Made by a program: the position numbers and the translations under genes
DNA from: an uncultured Verrucomicrobiota bacterium
GTDB taxonomy: Bacteria > Verrucomicrobiota > Kiritimatiellia > RFP12 > UBA1067
DNA: 44,405 bases
NCBI GenBank assembly: GCA_946544115.1
Contig: CAMNLW010000004.1
Span: 1 to 44,405 of the forward strand
Direction: 5' to 3'
Shown here: in pieces, positions 38,280 to 44,405 of the stretch
Numbering within the stretch: position 1 is the stretch's first letter
Layout: every line of letters begins with the position of its first letter
Notes under the pieces: model-generated
The model's input: only the letters and a program-made list of their open reading frames with translations
Database searches by the model: none
Told to the model about the DNA's origin: nothing

Positions 38280-38882
38280 ATGAAGCGATTGTTGATAGGA
38301 GCGTTGGTGATGGCTGGCGCGGTGATGCTTGACGGCTGCAAGAAGGACGAGGCCGCGAATGATGCGCTTTCGGTGATTGCCGCCCGGACATCGGTGCGGA
38401 GATACGATGCCTCGCGCGAGGTGACGGATGAGATGGTCGAAACACTGCTGCGCGCGGCGATGTCCGCGCCTACGGCGGTCAACCTCCAGCCGTGGGAGTT
38501 CATTGTCGTGCGTGACAAGGCGACGCTGGCGAAACTCGCTGGCGCAAATCGCTTCGGCGGCATGATCGCGCAGGCACAAGTCGCGATTGTCGTCTGCGGC
38601 GACACGGTGCAGGAGACCAATGGCGAACCCAACAAGTGGTGGATGCTCGACTGCTCCGCCGCAACGGAGAATCTGCTTCTCGCCGCGACCGCGCAGGGAC
38701 TGGGCGCGGTCTGGACGGCTGCGTATCCACACGAAGATCGCATAGCAGCCGTGAGGAGCATCCTCTCTATTCCCGAAAGATACGTTCCGCTCTGTGTTGT
38801 TCCCGTAGGCTTCCCCGCCGATCCGTCTGCGAAGCCGAAGGACAAATGGAAACCCGAGAAGGTTCACAAGGAGAAATTCTGA
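38280..38882 (+). CDS. Nitroreductase family protein with lipoprotein-type signal peptide
   Basis: MKRLLIGALVMAGAVMLDGC; RTSVRRY, AMSAPTAVNLQPWEFIVV, DCSAATENLLLAA..GLGAVW. Confidence 0.88.
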   Translation: MKRLLIGALVMAGAVMLDGCKKDEAANDALSVIAARTSVRRYDASREVTDEMVETLLRAAMSAPTAVNLQPWEFIVVRDKATLAKLAGANRFGGMIAQAQVAIVVCGDTVQETNGEPNKWWMLDCSAATENLLLAATAQGLGAVWTAAYPHEDRIAAVRSILSIPERYVPLCVVPVGFPADPSAKPKDKWKPEKVHKEKF

Positions 38883-38897
38883 GGGACACGCAGGAAC

Positions 38898-39038
38898 ATG
38901 GAGCAACGGGCGCGGCAGTATGACGAAATCCAGAAGCTGGAGGGCTTGCTGGCGTATGCCGTCGTACACAACGAAAACGAAACGGAAGAGGCCGAGCGCA
39001 TCCGCGCCGAGCTGGTGAAGATGGTGGAGGCGATATAA
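38898..39038 (+). CDS. 46-aa helical hypothetical protein
   Basis: AGGA upstream; MEQRARQYDEIQKLEGLLAYAVVHNENETEEAERIRAELVKMVEAI fills the gap between genes. Confidence 0.55.
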   Translation: MEQRARQYDEIQKLEGLLAYAVVHNENETEEAERIRAELVKMVEAI

Positions 39039-39043
39039 AAACC

Positions 39044-39235
39044 ATGATCGGGCTGATACTTTCGATAACAGGCTTTGCGGCCTTGTTCATGGCGATATGG
39101 ATTCTCCACAAGCCGCTCGCCGAGGAGTGGTGGCACTTCACGCTGGCGGACGAGCCGTATCCCGACACGTATTTCGACTTCCCGGCGAGAGAAGAGGGAA
39201 AAGGGAAGAGGGAAAAGGGAAGAGGGAGGAGATGA
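39044..39235 (+). CDS. Small single-TM protein whose C-terminus is encoded by the heptamer array
   Basis: Hydrophobic N-terminus; tail REEGKGKREKGRGRR comes from the AGGGAAR repeats. Confidence 0.45.
   Translation: MIGLILSITGFAALFMAIWILHKPLAEEWWHFTLADEPYPDTYFDFPAREEGKGKREKGRGRR
39188..39229 (+). repeat. Six purine heptamers (AGGGAAR) upstream of the four-helix-bundle gene
   Basis: AGAGAAG AGGGAAA AGGGAAG AGGGAAA AGGGAAG AGGGAGG; the last unit supplies the GGAGG SD. Confidence 0.9.
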
Positions 39236-39236
39236 T

Positions 39237-39590
39237 ATGGTTTGCGATTACAGAGATTTGGAAGTATGGAAACAGGCGATGGAACTGTGCGAGTGCGTAT
39301 ATGCCTTGGTTCGCAGTTTCCCACAGGAAGAAAAACGCGCACTTGGCGATCAATTGCGACGTGCAGTGGTGTCGATACCGTCAAACATAGCAGAAGGCAA
39401 CGGACGCGATTCTCGAAGTGAATACGCCCGGTTCCTTTCGATAGCGAGAGGGTCGTTGTTCGAGGTGCAGACCCAACTGGAACTCGCCTCGCGATTCGGA
39501 TATATACCCAAATCCGAAATCCCCGCATCGACAATAGACGGCATTAGCCGAATGCTGATTACAATGATACGGAAGCTGCGCAGTGCGTGA
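39237..39590 (+). CDS. Four helix bundle protein (23S rRNA IVP / bAvd-like family)
   Basis: YRDLEVWKQAM, FP.EE...L.DQLRRAVVSIPSNIAEG.GR, FLSIARGSL.E..TQL. Confidence 0.93.
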   Translation: MVCDYRDLEVWKQAMELCECVYALVRSFPQEEKRALGDQLRRAVVSIPSNIAEGNGRDSRSEYARFLSIARGSLFEVQTQLELASRFGYIPKSEIPASTIDGISRMLITMIRKLRSA

Positions 39591-39599
39591 CACTGCGCG

Positions 39600-39679
39600 A
39601 GGTAAGGGGGAAGAGGTAAGAGGGAAGAGGAAGAAGCTACCCATACCAACTCTTCCTTTTTCCCATTTCCCTCTTCCCT
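39600..39679. repeat. Heptamer hairpin: purine arm 39600-39636 and pyrimidine arm 39650-39679
   Basis: AGGTAAG GGGGAAG AGGTAAG AGGGAAG AGGAAGAAG ... CTCTTCCTTTTTCCCATTTCCCTCTTCCCT. Confidence 0.85.
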
Positions 39680-39714
39680 GTTTGCTCCTTTCTCAACCAA
39701 GAAAGGAGCAAACA
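39679..39714 (+). promoter_or_regulatory. Perfect 15-bp hairpin sequestering the recombinase ribosome-binding site
   Basis: TGTTTGCTCCTTTCT-caacca-AGAAAGGAGCAAACA; ATG at 39716. Confidence 0.8.
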
Positions 39715-39715
39715 T

Positions 39716-41176
39716 ATGGCACGAGAAAAGGGAACAGGAAACCTCCAGATGGAGAAGAGCGGACGGTGGACCGTCCGCATCGGGATAAACGGGCACCGGA
39801 TCAGCCGCTCGGCGCGGACTACCGACAAGACAAAGGCGGAGGCGTTTCTGAACCGCTTTCTCGCCCCGCTGGGGCTGGGGGCGCAGAAGCTACCGCTCGC
39901 CGAGGCGTGGCACCACTACGAGATGTCGCCAAATCGACGCGACATCGCCAAATCGACGCTCGACTCGAAGCGCACCGTGTGGATGGCGTTCGCGCGGTGG
40001 ATGGAGAAGTACCACGTCGAAATCGGCCACCTCGCGGAGGTGACGGAGGAGGCGGTCGCGGAATACCTCATGCAGTTCAAGTGCAACCACTCCGCCACAA
40101 CCTACAACAACCATGTCTGCGTCCTTCGCGAGGTATTCCGCACGCTCGCGGAAAAGGCCGGCGTCGTCAACGACCCGTGGGCGAACGTGTGCCTACGCGC
40201 CGACGACAGCGTAAGCCGCCGGGAACTCTCGCTTGACGAAGTGGAGCGGCTCTATTCCGCCGCTTCGAAGGAGGGCAAGGAATGGAAACTCCTTCTGGCG
40301 ACGGGCATCTACACCGGGCTGCGTCTCGGCGACTGCTGCCGTCTGAAATGGGAGTGCGTGAACCTCGAACGGCAACTCATCCAAGTCATCCCAGAGAAGA
40401 CCAAGCGGCATGCACACGGCAAGCCGGTGACGATCCCGATTCATCCGCAGCTCTTTGCGGAGCTTGTGGAGGTAAGAGGAAAAAGGGAAGAGGGAAGAGA
40501 GAAGAATGTGAATGAGGGGGAAGATACGAATAAAGCGGAAGGATTGCTCACTTCCCTTCCCTCCCGGGAAGTGGATTCTTCCTCTTCCCCCTTACCTCTT
40601 CCCTCTTCCCTATCTTTCGTCAACCCTGCCATAGCGGAACTGTACTTGCTCCGCAAATGGCAGTTGGATGCGGGGTTGCGAAAGATATTCAAGTCGGCCA
40701 ACATCACGATGTCGTTCAAGATGGATGGGCGTTGCCGCAAGACCGTCATCGCGTCGTTCCATTCGCTCCGGCACACATTCGTTTCGCTCTCGGCCAACGC
40801 CGGCGTCCCGCTCCCGGTTGTGCAGAGCATCGTCGGGCATTGCTCGACCACAATGACGCGGCACTATTATCACGAGAATCTCGACGCCTTGCGTTCCGCA
40901 GTCGCCGCGATTCCCGTAATAGGGAAGAGGGAAGAGGGAAAAGGGAAGAGAGGGGATGAGGGATGGGGAATGAGGGATGAGAAAAGCGGGACTGAGGTTT
41001 TTGACAAGATTGACGGGGCGGCGGATTCTTCCTCTTCCCTCTCACCTCTTCCCTCTTCCCTCAAGCGTGGCGGCATCGCCGCCCGCTTGCACCGCCTCGA
41101 CCGCATCTTCGCCAGGAACCTCATCACGGAAGAGGAGTTCAAGGCCGCCCGCGCCCGGATTCTCGCCGAATTGTAG
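39716..41176 (+). CDS. Tyrosine recombinase/integrase with two low-complexity in-frame insertions and a C-terminal SHOCT-like domain
   Basis: Catalytic set TGLRLGD (R), K in PEKTK, FHSLRHT (HxxR), VGH, TRHY (Y); N-terminal arm-binding-like strands; ITEEEFKAARARILAEL. Confidence 0.93.
   Translation: MAREKGTGNLQMEKSGRWTVRIGINGHRISRSARTTDKTKAEAFLNRFLAPLGLGAQKLPLAEAWHHYEMSPNRRDIAKSTLDSKRTVWMAFARWMEKYHVEIGHLAEVTEEAVAEYLMQFKCNHSATTYNNHVCVLREVFRTLAEKAGVVNDPWANVCLRADDSVSRRELSLDEVERLYSAASKEGKEWKLLLATGIYTGLRLGDCCRLKWECVNLERQLIQVIPEKTKRHAHGKPVTIPIHPQLFAELVEVRGKREEGREKNVNEGEDTNKAEGLLTSLPSREVDSSSSPLPLPSSLSFVNPAIAELYLLRKWQLDAGLRKIFKSANITMSFKMDGRCRKTVIASFHSLRHTFVSLSANAGVPLPVVQSIVGHCSTTMTRHYYHENLDALRSAVAAIPVIGKREEGKGKRGDEGWGMRDEKSGTEVFDKIDGAADSSSSLSPLPSSLKRGGIAARLHRLDRIFARNLITEEEFKAARARILAEL
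40469..40611. repeat. In-frame palindromic heptamer element 1 inside the recombinase
   Basis: 16-bp perfect IR: AGGGAAGAGGGAAGAG (40484-40499) and CTCTTCCCTCTTCCCT (40596-40611); inner hairpin CACTTCCC/GGGAAGTG. Confidence 0.85.
40921..41061. repeat. In-frame palindromic heptamer element 2 inside the recombinase (141 bp)
   Basis: 17-bp perfect terminal IR AGGGAAGAGGGAAGAGG / CCTCTTCCCTCTTCCCT; right arm 37/39 identical to element 1. Confidence 0.88.
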
Positions 41177-41256
41177 CCCATCCCTTCTGCACATCTCTGC
41201 ACCCCGGCGGCACAACAGAACCTACTTTGCGCCTATGCACACGGCGCAATGTGGTG

Positions 41257-41276
41257 GTTCGTTTATTGTCGGGTAC
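41257..41276 (+). other. Putative recombination site 1 (core TTATTGTCGGGTA at 41263-41275)
   Basis: Direct repeat of 44345-44364 (17/20 identical, 13-bp exact core); the core begins 87 bp after the recombinase stop and marks the start of a headless gene. Confidence 0.65.
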
Positions 41277-41990
41277 ACAGCCAAAGAAGCGGAGCAGGGC
41301 AAGTTCCTCATCATCGGCGCACAGTTCGAGGGTGTTACTGACGGGTCAATGAAGATCAACGGCCTTGTAACTGGCGTTGAGGGCGTCAATTACGACGATG
41401 ACGAATTGTTCCGCACAACTGCCGCGCAAATTCAGATTCCGATTACAGGTGGCTACAGGACTTACTACTATCTTAACGATGGCTATGATCTTGAAAAGGA
41501 TGATGGCACGACAGCACCTGGCTGGTGCGATGGCGCAGGCAACCTTGTTGATGCCGAGTTTACGCCCGGTGTTGCAGCTTGGTTCAAGAGCGTTCCCGCC
41601 GATGGGTCGGCTACTGTTTCGGGTGCCGTTTCTGAGGAAAACCAGAAGACCGTGGATTGTCCTGAAGGGTTTGCACTTCGCGCTAACACGTTCCCTGTAA
41701 CAATAACACTTAACACGGCTTCGATGACGTCGGAGAATATTGTTGGCGTTGACTACGATGACGATGAAGCGTTCCGTAACACTGCATCGCAGATTCAGAT
41801 TCCTATTACGGGAGGCTACAGGACATACTACTACCTCAATGATGGATACGACCTTGTCAAGGACGATGGCACGACAGCTCCCGGCTGGTGCGATGGCGCA
41901 GGCAACCTCGCCGATGCCACGATTCCTGCGGGGCAGGGATTCTGGACAAAAGGTGTGACGGGTGCGTTCACCCTTAAGTTCACTAAGTAA
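41265..41990 (+). CDS. Headless (no signal peptide or SD) surface-protein gene beginning IVGY, with a two-fold internal repeat; putative silent cassette gene
   Basis: Protein-like sequence starts abruptly at IVGYTAKEAEQGKFLIIGAQF; the only nearby in-frame ATG (41235) has no SD and sits in a hairpin loop; 58-aa module duplicated. Confidence 0.7.
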   Translation: MVGYTAKEAEQGKFLIIGAQFEGVTDGSMKINGLVTGVEGVNYDDDELFRTTAAQIQIPITGGYRTYYYLNDGYDLEKDDGTTAPGWCDGAGNLVDAEFTPGVAAWFKSVPADGSATVSGAVSEENQKTVDCPEGFALRANTFPVTITLNTASMTSENIVGVDYDDDEAFRNTASQIQIPITGGYRTYYYLNDGYDLVKDDGTTAPGWCDGAGNLADATIPAGQGFWTKGVTGAFTLKFTK

Positions 41991-42040
41991 CCAATTTCTG
42001 CCAAGCAGGGTGTTTGGCGGCAATAAAAAAGGAAACGAAA

Positions 42041-42553
42041 ATGAAGAAACTGATTATTATGATGGCTGTTGCGGCGGGTGTCATATCTGCCAAAGCAGCA
42101 TCTGTTGACTGGAGTGTTGCGGGTGTCGCAGCGCAGGAGAACTACACCGTGTACCTGCTAACGTCTCTTGCCGACAAGTATGAATCGGCATCGGCCATCG
42201 CATCTGCAGCGGTTGACTCGGCCACTATTGTCAAAAGTGGACGTAAGTACACAACTGGCGACCAGACGGCATCTGGCGCATCCATAACTTCGACATCAAT
42301 GAAAGATGCGTATTATGTGATAGTCTCTTCTGCTGATGCCACGAGCTACACATACTACAAAACAGATATGTCTGCTTTGGTGTATGACCCTGACAATCAG
42401 GAAAGTTCATCGGGCGTATTCAACTCGGTTGACGCCGCAACGATTCTTTCTTCGGGAACGACAGCGAACTACGCCGCTGTTCCTGAACCGACGTCGGGTC
42501 TGCTCATGCTCCTCGGCGTTGCGGGGCTCGCCCTCCGTCGCCGTCGCGCCTAA
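42041..42553 (+). CDS. PEP-CTERM sorting domain protein
   Basis: Signal peptide MKKLIIMMAVAAGVISAKA; C-terminus VPEPTSGLLMLLGVAGLALRRRRA. Confidence 0.95.
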   Translation: MKKLIIMMAVAAGVISAKAASVDWSVAGVAAQENYTVYLLTSLADKYESASAIASAAVDSATIVKSGRKYTTGDQTASGASITSTSMKDAYYVIVSSADATSYTYYKTDMSALVYDPDNQESSSGVFNSVDAATILSSGTTANYAAVPEPTSGLLMLLGVAGLALRRRRA

Positions 42554-42574
42554 TCGGTTAGACGCATAACGCAC

Positions 42575-42606
42575 AAAGCCCGTCCGTGATTGCACGGGCG
42601 GGCTTT
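42575..42606. terminator. Intrinsic, possibly bidirectional terminator
   Basis: AAAGCCCGTCCGTG-attg-CACGGGCGGGCTTT. Confidence 0.8.
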
Positions 42607-42623
42607 CAATCTTTTAGACGAAC

Positions 42624-43421
42624 ATGATTGCACCGCAGCAGAAACAAGTGAAGCCCCCAGCGCAGAAGTCCGGCGGCAAGTTGCCAATGTGCGCCGTCGC
42701 CTTGGGGCTCGTCATGGCCGTCGGCGTAGCGGCGTACCTCTTGATGCGCCCCGAAGAGCCTGTAGAGCAGCCGGCGAAAGCGACAAAACGCGCTGAGAGA
42801 GTTACTAAGGCCAAATCAACAGTCCCCTCCAAGCCTACGCCCAAGGTTGAACAGAAGATCGAGGCGAAAGACCCGTCGAAGATGTACGAGGACGGAGTAG
42901 AGGTGGTAAAGTACATCGTTTCCACCAACAACAGCGGAGCGGTCACGGAGAAGCTGACGCTTGCCGACGGACGCAAGATCGCCAAGGTTCATCCGCCGAA
43001 GCCGGTGTTCGACAATCCCGCAGACCAGGTCATCGCCCTTGCCGTCAGCGCAAAGCCGGGCGAATCCATGCCGCCGCTTCCGAACCTGAACGGCATTGAC
43101 GAGGATTTCGCCAAGTCGCTTCTCTCCCCCATCAAAATCAACGATGACGACCCCGATGAGGTCAAGGAACTCAAGGCAAAAGTCATCGAGACGAAAGCGT
43201 ATCTCGTGGAAGAAATCAAGAACGGCGGCAGCGTGATCGAAGCCCTCAAAGAACATCAGGCGGAGATGGAGCGCATCGCCGACAGCCGGCTCATGGCCAT
43301 CCGCGAGATGCAGAAACTGCAATCCGATGGCGACCCGGAAATGGCTCGGGAGTTCGCCGAGAAAGTGAACGAATCATTCCGGGCAAGGGGCATTCCCGAA
43401 ATCCCGGTTCCGAAGAAGTAA
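42624..43421 (+). CDS. Membrane-anchored hypothetical protein
   Basis: Single N-terminal TM, Pro/Lys linker, helical C-terminal domain. Confidence 0.75.
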   Translation: MIAPQQKQVKPPAQKSGGKLPMCAVALGLVMAVGVAAYLLMRPEEPVEQPAKATKRAERVTKAKSTVPSKPTPKVEQKIEAKDPSKMYEDGVEVVKYIVSTNNSGAVTEKLTLADGRKIAKVHPPKPVFDNPADQVIALAVSAKPGESMPPLPNLNGIDEDFAKSLLSPIKINDDDPDEVKELKAKVIETKAYLVEEIKNGGSVIEALKEHQAEMERIADSRLMAIREMQKLQSDGDPEMAREFAEKVNESFRARGIPEIPVPKK

Positions 43422-43439
43422 TTTCAGAAAGGACAAGAC

Positions 43440-44216
43440 ATGAAGAGAACGATTCTTGCAATGGCGGCGGCTCTTGTGGCCGCATTCGCAGTGGCGGATG
43501 ACGCGCCCAAGGCCAAGCGAGGCCGCCCCAAGGGACGCAACCCGTCCGGCGGCATCGTCGAAAAGGCGTATGCCGGGAACGTCATAAGGGCCTTCAACGC
43601 CCAGGCGGTCATTCCCGCCGACAAGGTTGCCGCATTGACGCTTCAGATGCGCTACGAGACAATCGTGCCGTTCGAGACCGTCGGCGCAAAGCCCATGACC
43701 TTTGCAGAGGCGGAGAACGCGGCTGGTGGTTTTGTCGGCAAGGACAAAGTAGGTGCGGCAGTTGTCATAGTAAACGACCCGTCAAAGAGCGACTTCTACC
43801 GCGCCAGTCCTGAAGGACGCTGGGCGGTTCTCAACGTCTCGCCGCTGAAGGCCGACAATCCGGCGCAGGAGAGGCTTGAGGAGCGGTTTGCGAAGGTTTA
43901 CTGGCACGCGGTCGTCCGCGCCCTTGGAGGCGGCTACGCGGCTGTGAAGCCGAGCGTGATGACGCCGTTCAGCGACCTCAAGAGCCTTGACGCGATTCCC
44001 ACCACGAAGCCCAGCCCGGACGTCGTGAATATGCTTATAGACACGGGTTCGCTATACGGCATCAGGACGATCACGATTGCCTCTTACCGCACCGCCTGTC
44101 GCAATGGCTGGGCGCCTCCGCCCACCAACGATGTGCAGCGGACGATTTGGAATCAGGTTCATCAGATCCCCGACAAGCCTATCACCATAGAGTTCGACCC
44201 GAAGAAAGATAAATAG
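43440..44216 (+). CDS. Secreted hypothetical protein
   Basis: AAGGA SD; signal peptide MKRTILAMAAALVAAFAVA; C-terminus ACRNGWAPPPTNDVQRTIW...PITIEFDPKKDK. Confidence 0.8.
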   Translation: MKRTILAMAAALVAAFAVADDAPKAKRGRPKGRNPSGGIVEKAYAGNVIRAFNAQAVIPADKVAALTLQMRYETIVPFETVGAKPMTFAEAENAAGGFVGKDKVGAAVVIVNDPSKSDFYRASPEGRWAVLNVSPLKADNPAQERLEERFAKVYWHAVVRALGGGYAAVKPSVMTPFSDLKSLDAIPTTKPSPDVVNMLIDTGSLYGIRTITIASYRTACRNGWAPPPTNDVQRTIWNQVHQIPDKPITIEFDPKKDK

Positions 44217-44241
44217 CAGTTTCGGCGACATAGGTTTGCGT

Positions 44242-44278
44242 GCAGAAGGACACCCTCGAAACGGGGGTGTCCTTCTGC
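44242..44278 (+). terminator. Strong 17-bp hairpin, terminator-like, ending the unit
   Basis: GCAGAAGGACACCCTCG-AAA-CGGGGGTGTCCTTCTGC followed by CGTTT. Confidence 0.7.
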
Positions 44279-44344
44279 CGTTTACTGCCCATTGACGGCA
44301 CGAGGCGGGATGCCCGGTGCCTGTGAATGCTGGCTGACAATGCC

Positions 44345-44364
44345 GTCCGCTTATTGTCGGGTAT
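44345..44364 (+). other. Putative recombination site 2 (core TTATTGTCGGGTA at 44351-44363)
   Basis: Direct repeat of site 1; marks the start of a second headless IVGY gene. Confidence 0.65.
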
Positions 44365-44405
44365 GCACAGAATGAGCTCAAGGCCGGATTCTCGGCTACG
44401 GGCGC
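44353..44405 (+). CDS. Second headless IVGY-family gene (runs off the window edge)
   Basis: IVGYAQNELKAGFSATG aligns with IVGYTAKEAEQGKFLIIG; in-frame TGA at 44335-44337 with no ATG/GTG/TTG before IVGY. Confidence 0.55.
   Translation, partial: MVGYAQNELKAGFSATG

Noticed and set aside
40469-41061. Inteins or group I/II introns in the recombinase
   Set aside because: No Cys/Ser...His-Asn intein ends, far too short, and no intron core structure or GUGYG 5' end recognised
21505-41176. Prophage or ICE integrated at tRNA-Glu
   Set aside because: The tRNA is 18 kb from the recombinase with housekeeping genes between; no duplicated tRNA 3' end noticed, and no phage or conjugation genes
40977-41264. 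N-terminal 96 codons of the 337-aa ORF 40977-41990
   Set aside because: Overlaps the recombinase in another frame and runs through repeat and hairpin sequence; not protein-like
39237-41918. Diversity-generating retroelement (bAvd-like gene plus a duplicated 174-bp segment as TR/VR)
   Set aside because: No reverse transcriptase in the window; both repeats are in-frame in one ORF and differ mainly at synonymous positions rather than specifically at adenines
39716-44405. Classical integron (IntI + attC)
   Set aside because: No IntI-specific insertion motif recognised, the recombinase is co-oriented with the cassettes, and the shared core does not match GTTRRRY; kept only as an analogy

Overview
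GC-rich bacterial chromosomal window. A Kiritimatiellae/PVC-type gut or rumen organism is inferred from the PEP-CTERM gene, BamD-LptE and Mla genes and the protein styles. Almost all genes are on the + strand. 0.5-8.9 kb: a secreted beta-strand-repeat protein and three glycoside hydrolases, followed by an 11/22-bp tandem repeat. 9.3-36.2 kb: housekeeping block (pfkA, nucleoside kinase, galE, degenerate UDG-like protein, hom, lysC, thiC, bamD-lptE, TPR proteins, tRNA-Glu, dprA, Mla/Pqi-type ABC operon, double SGNH esterase, LolA-like, AsmA-like, glgP, two GYF_2 coiled-coil proteins). 36.5-44.4 kb: accessory region (AlbA_2/HATPase protein, nitroreductase plus a remnant, four-helix-bundle gene flanked by AGGGAAG heptamer arrays, tyrosine recombinase). 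Best candidate novel system: right after the recombinase, two 'headless' paralogous surface-protein genes both begin at an identical 13-bp core, TTATTGTCGGGTA (encoding IVGY). The cores are direct repeats 3088 bp apart and bracket a 4-gene unit, suggesting a recombinase-driven, integron/shufflon-like cassette array whose crossover lies inside the coding sequence. A second candidate is a family of heptamer-armed hairpin elements around the four-helix-bundle gene, with two copies inserted in-frame in the recombinase. All family calls are by motif recognition only; no searches were run.
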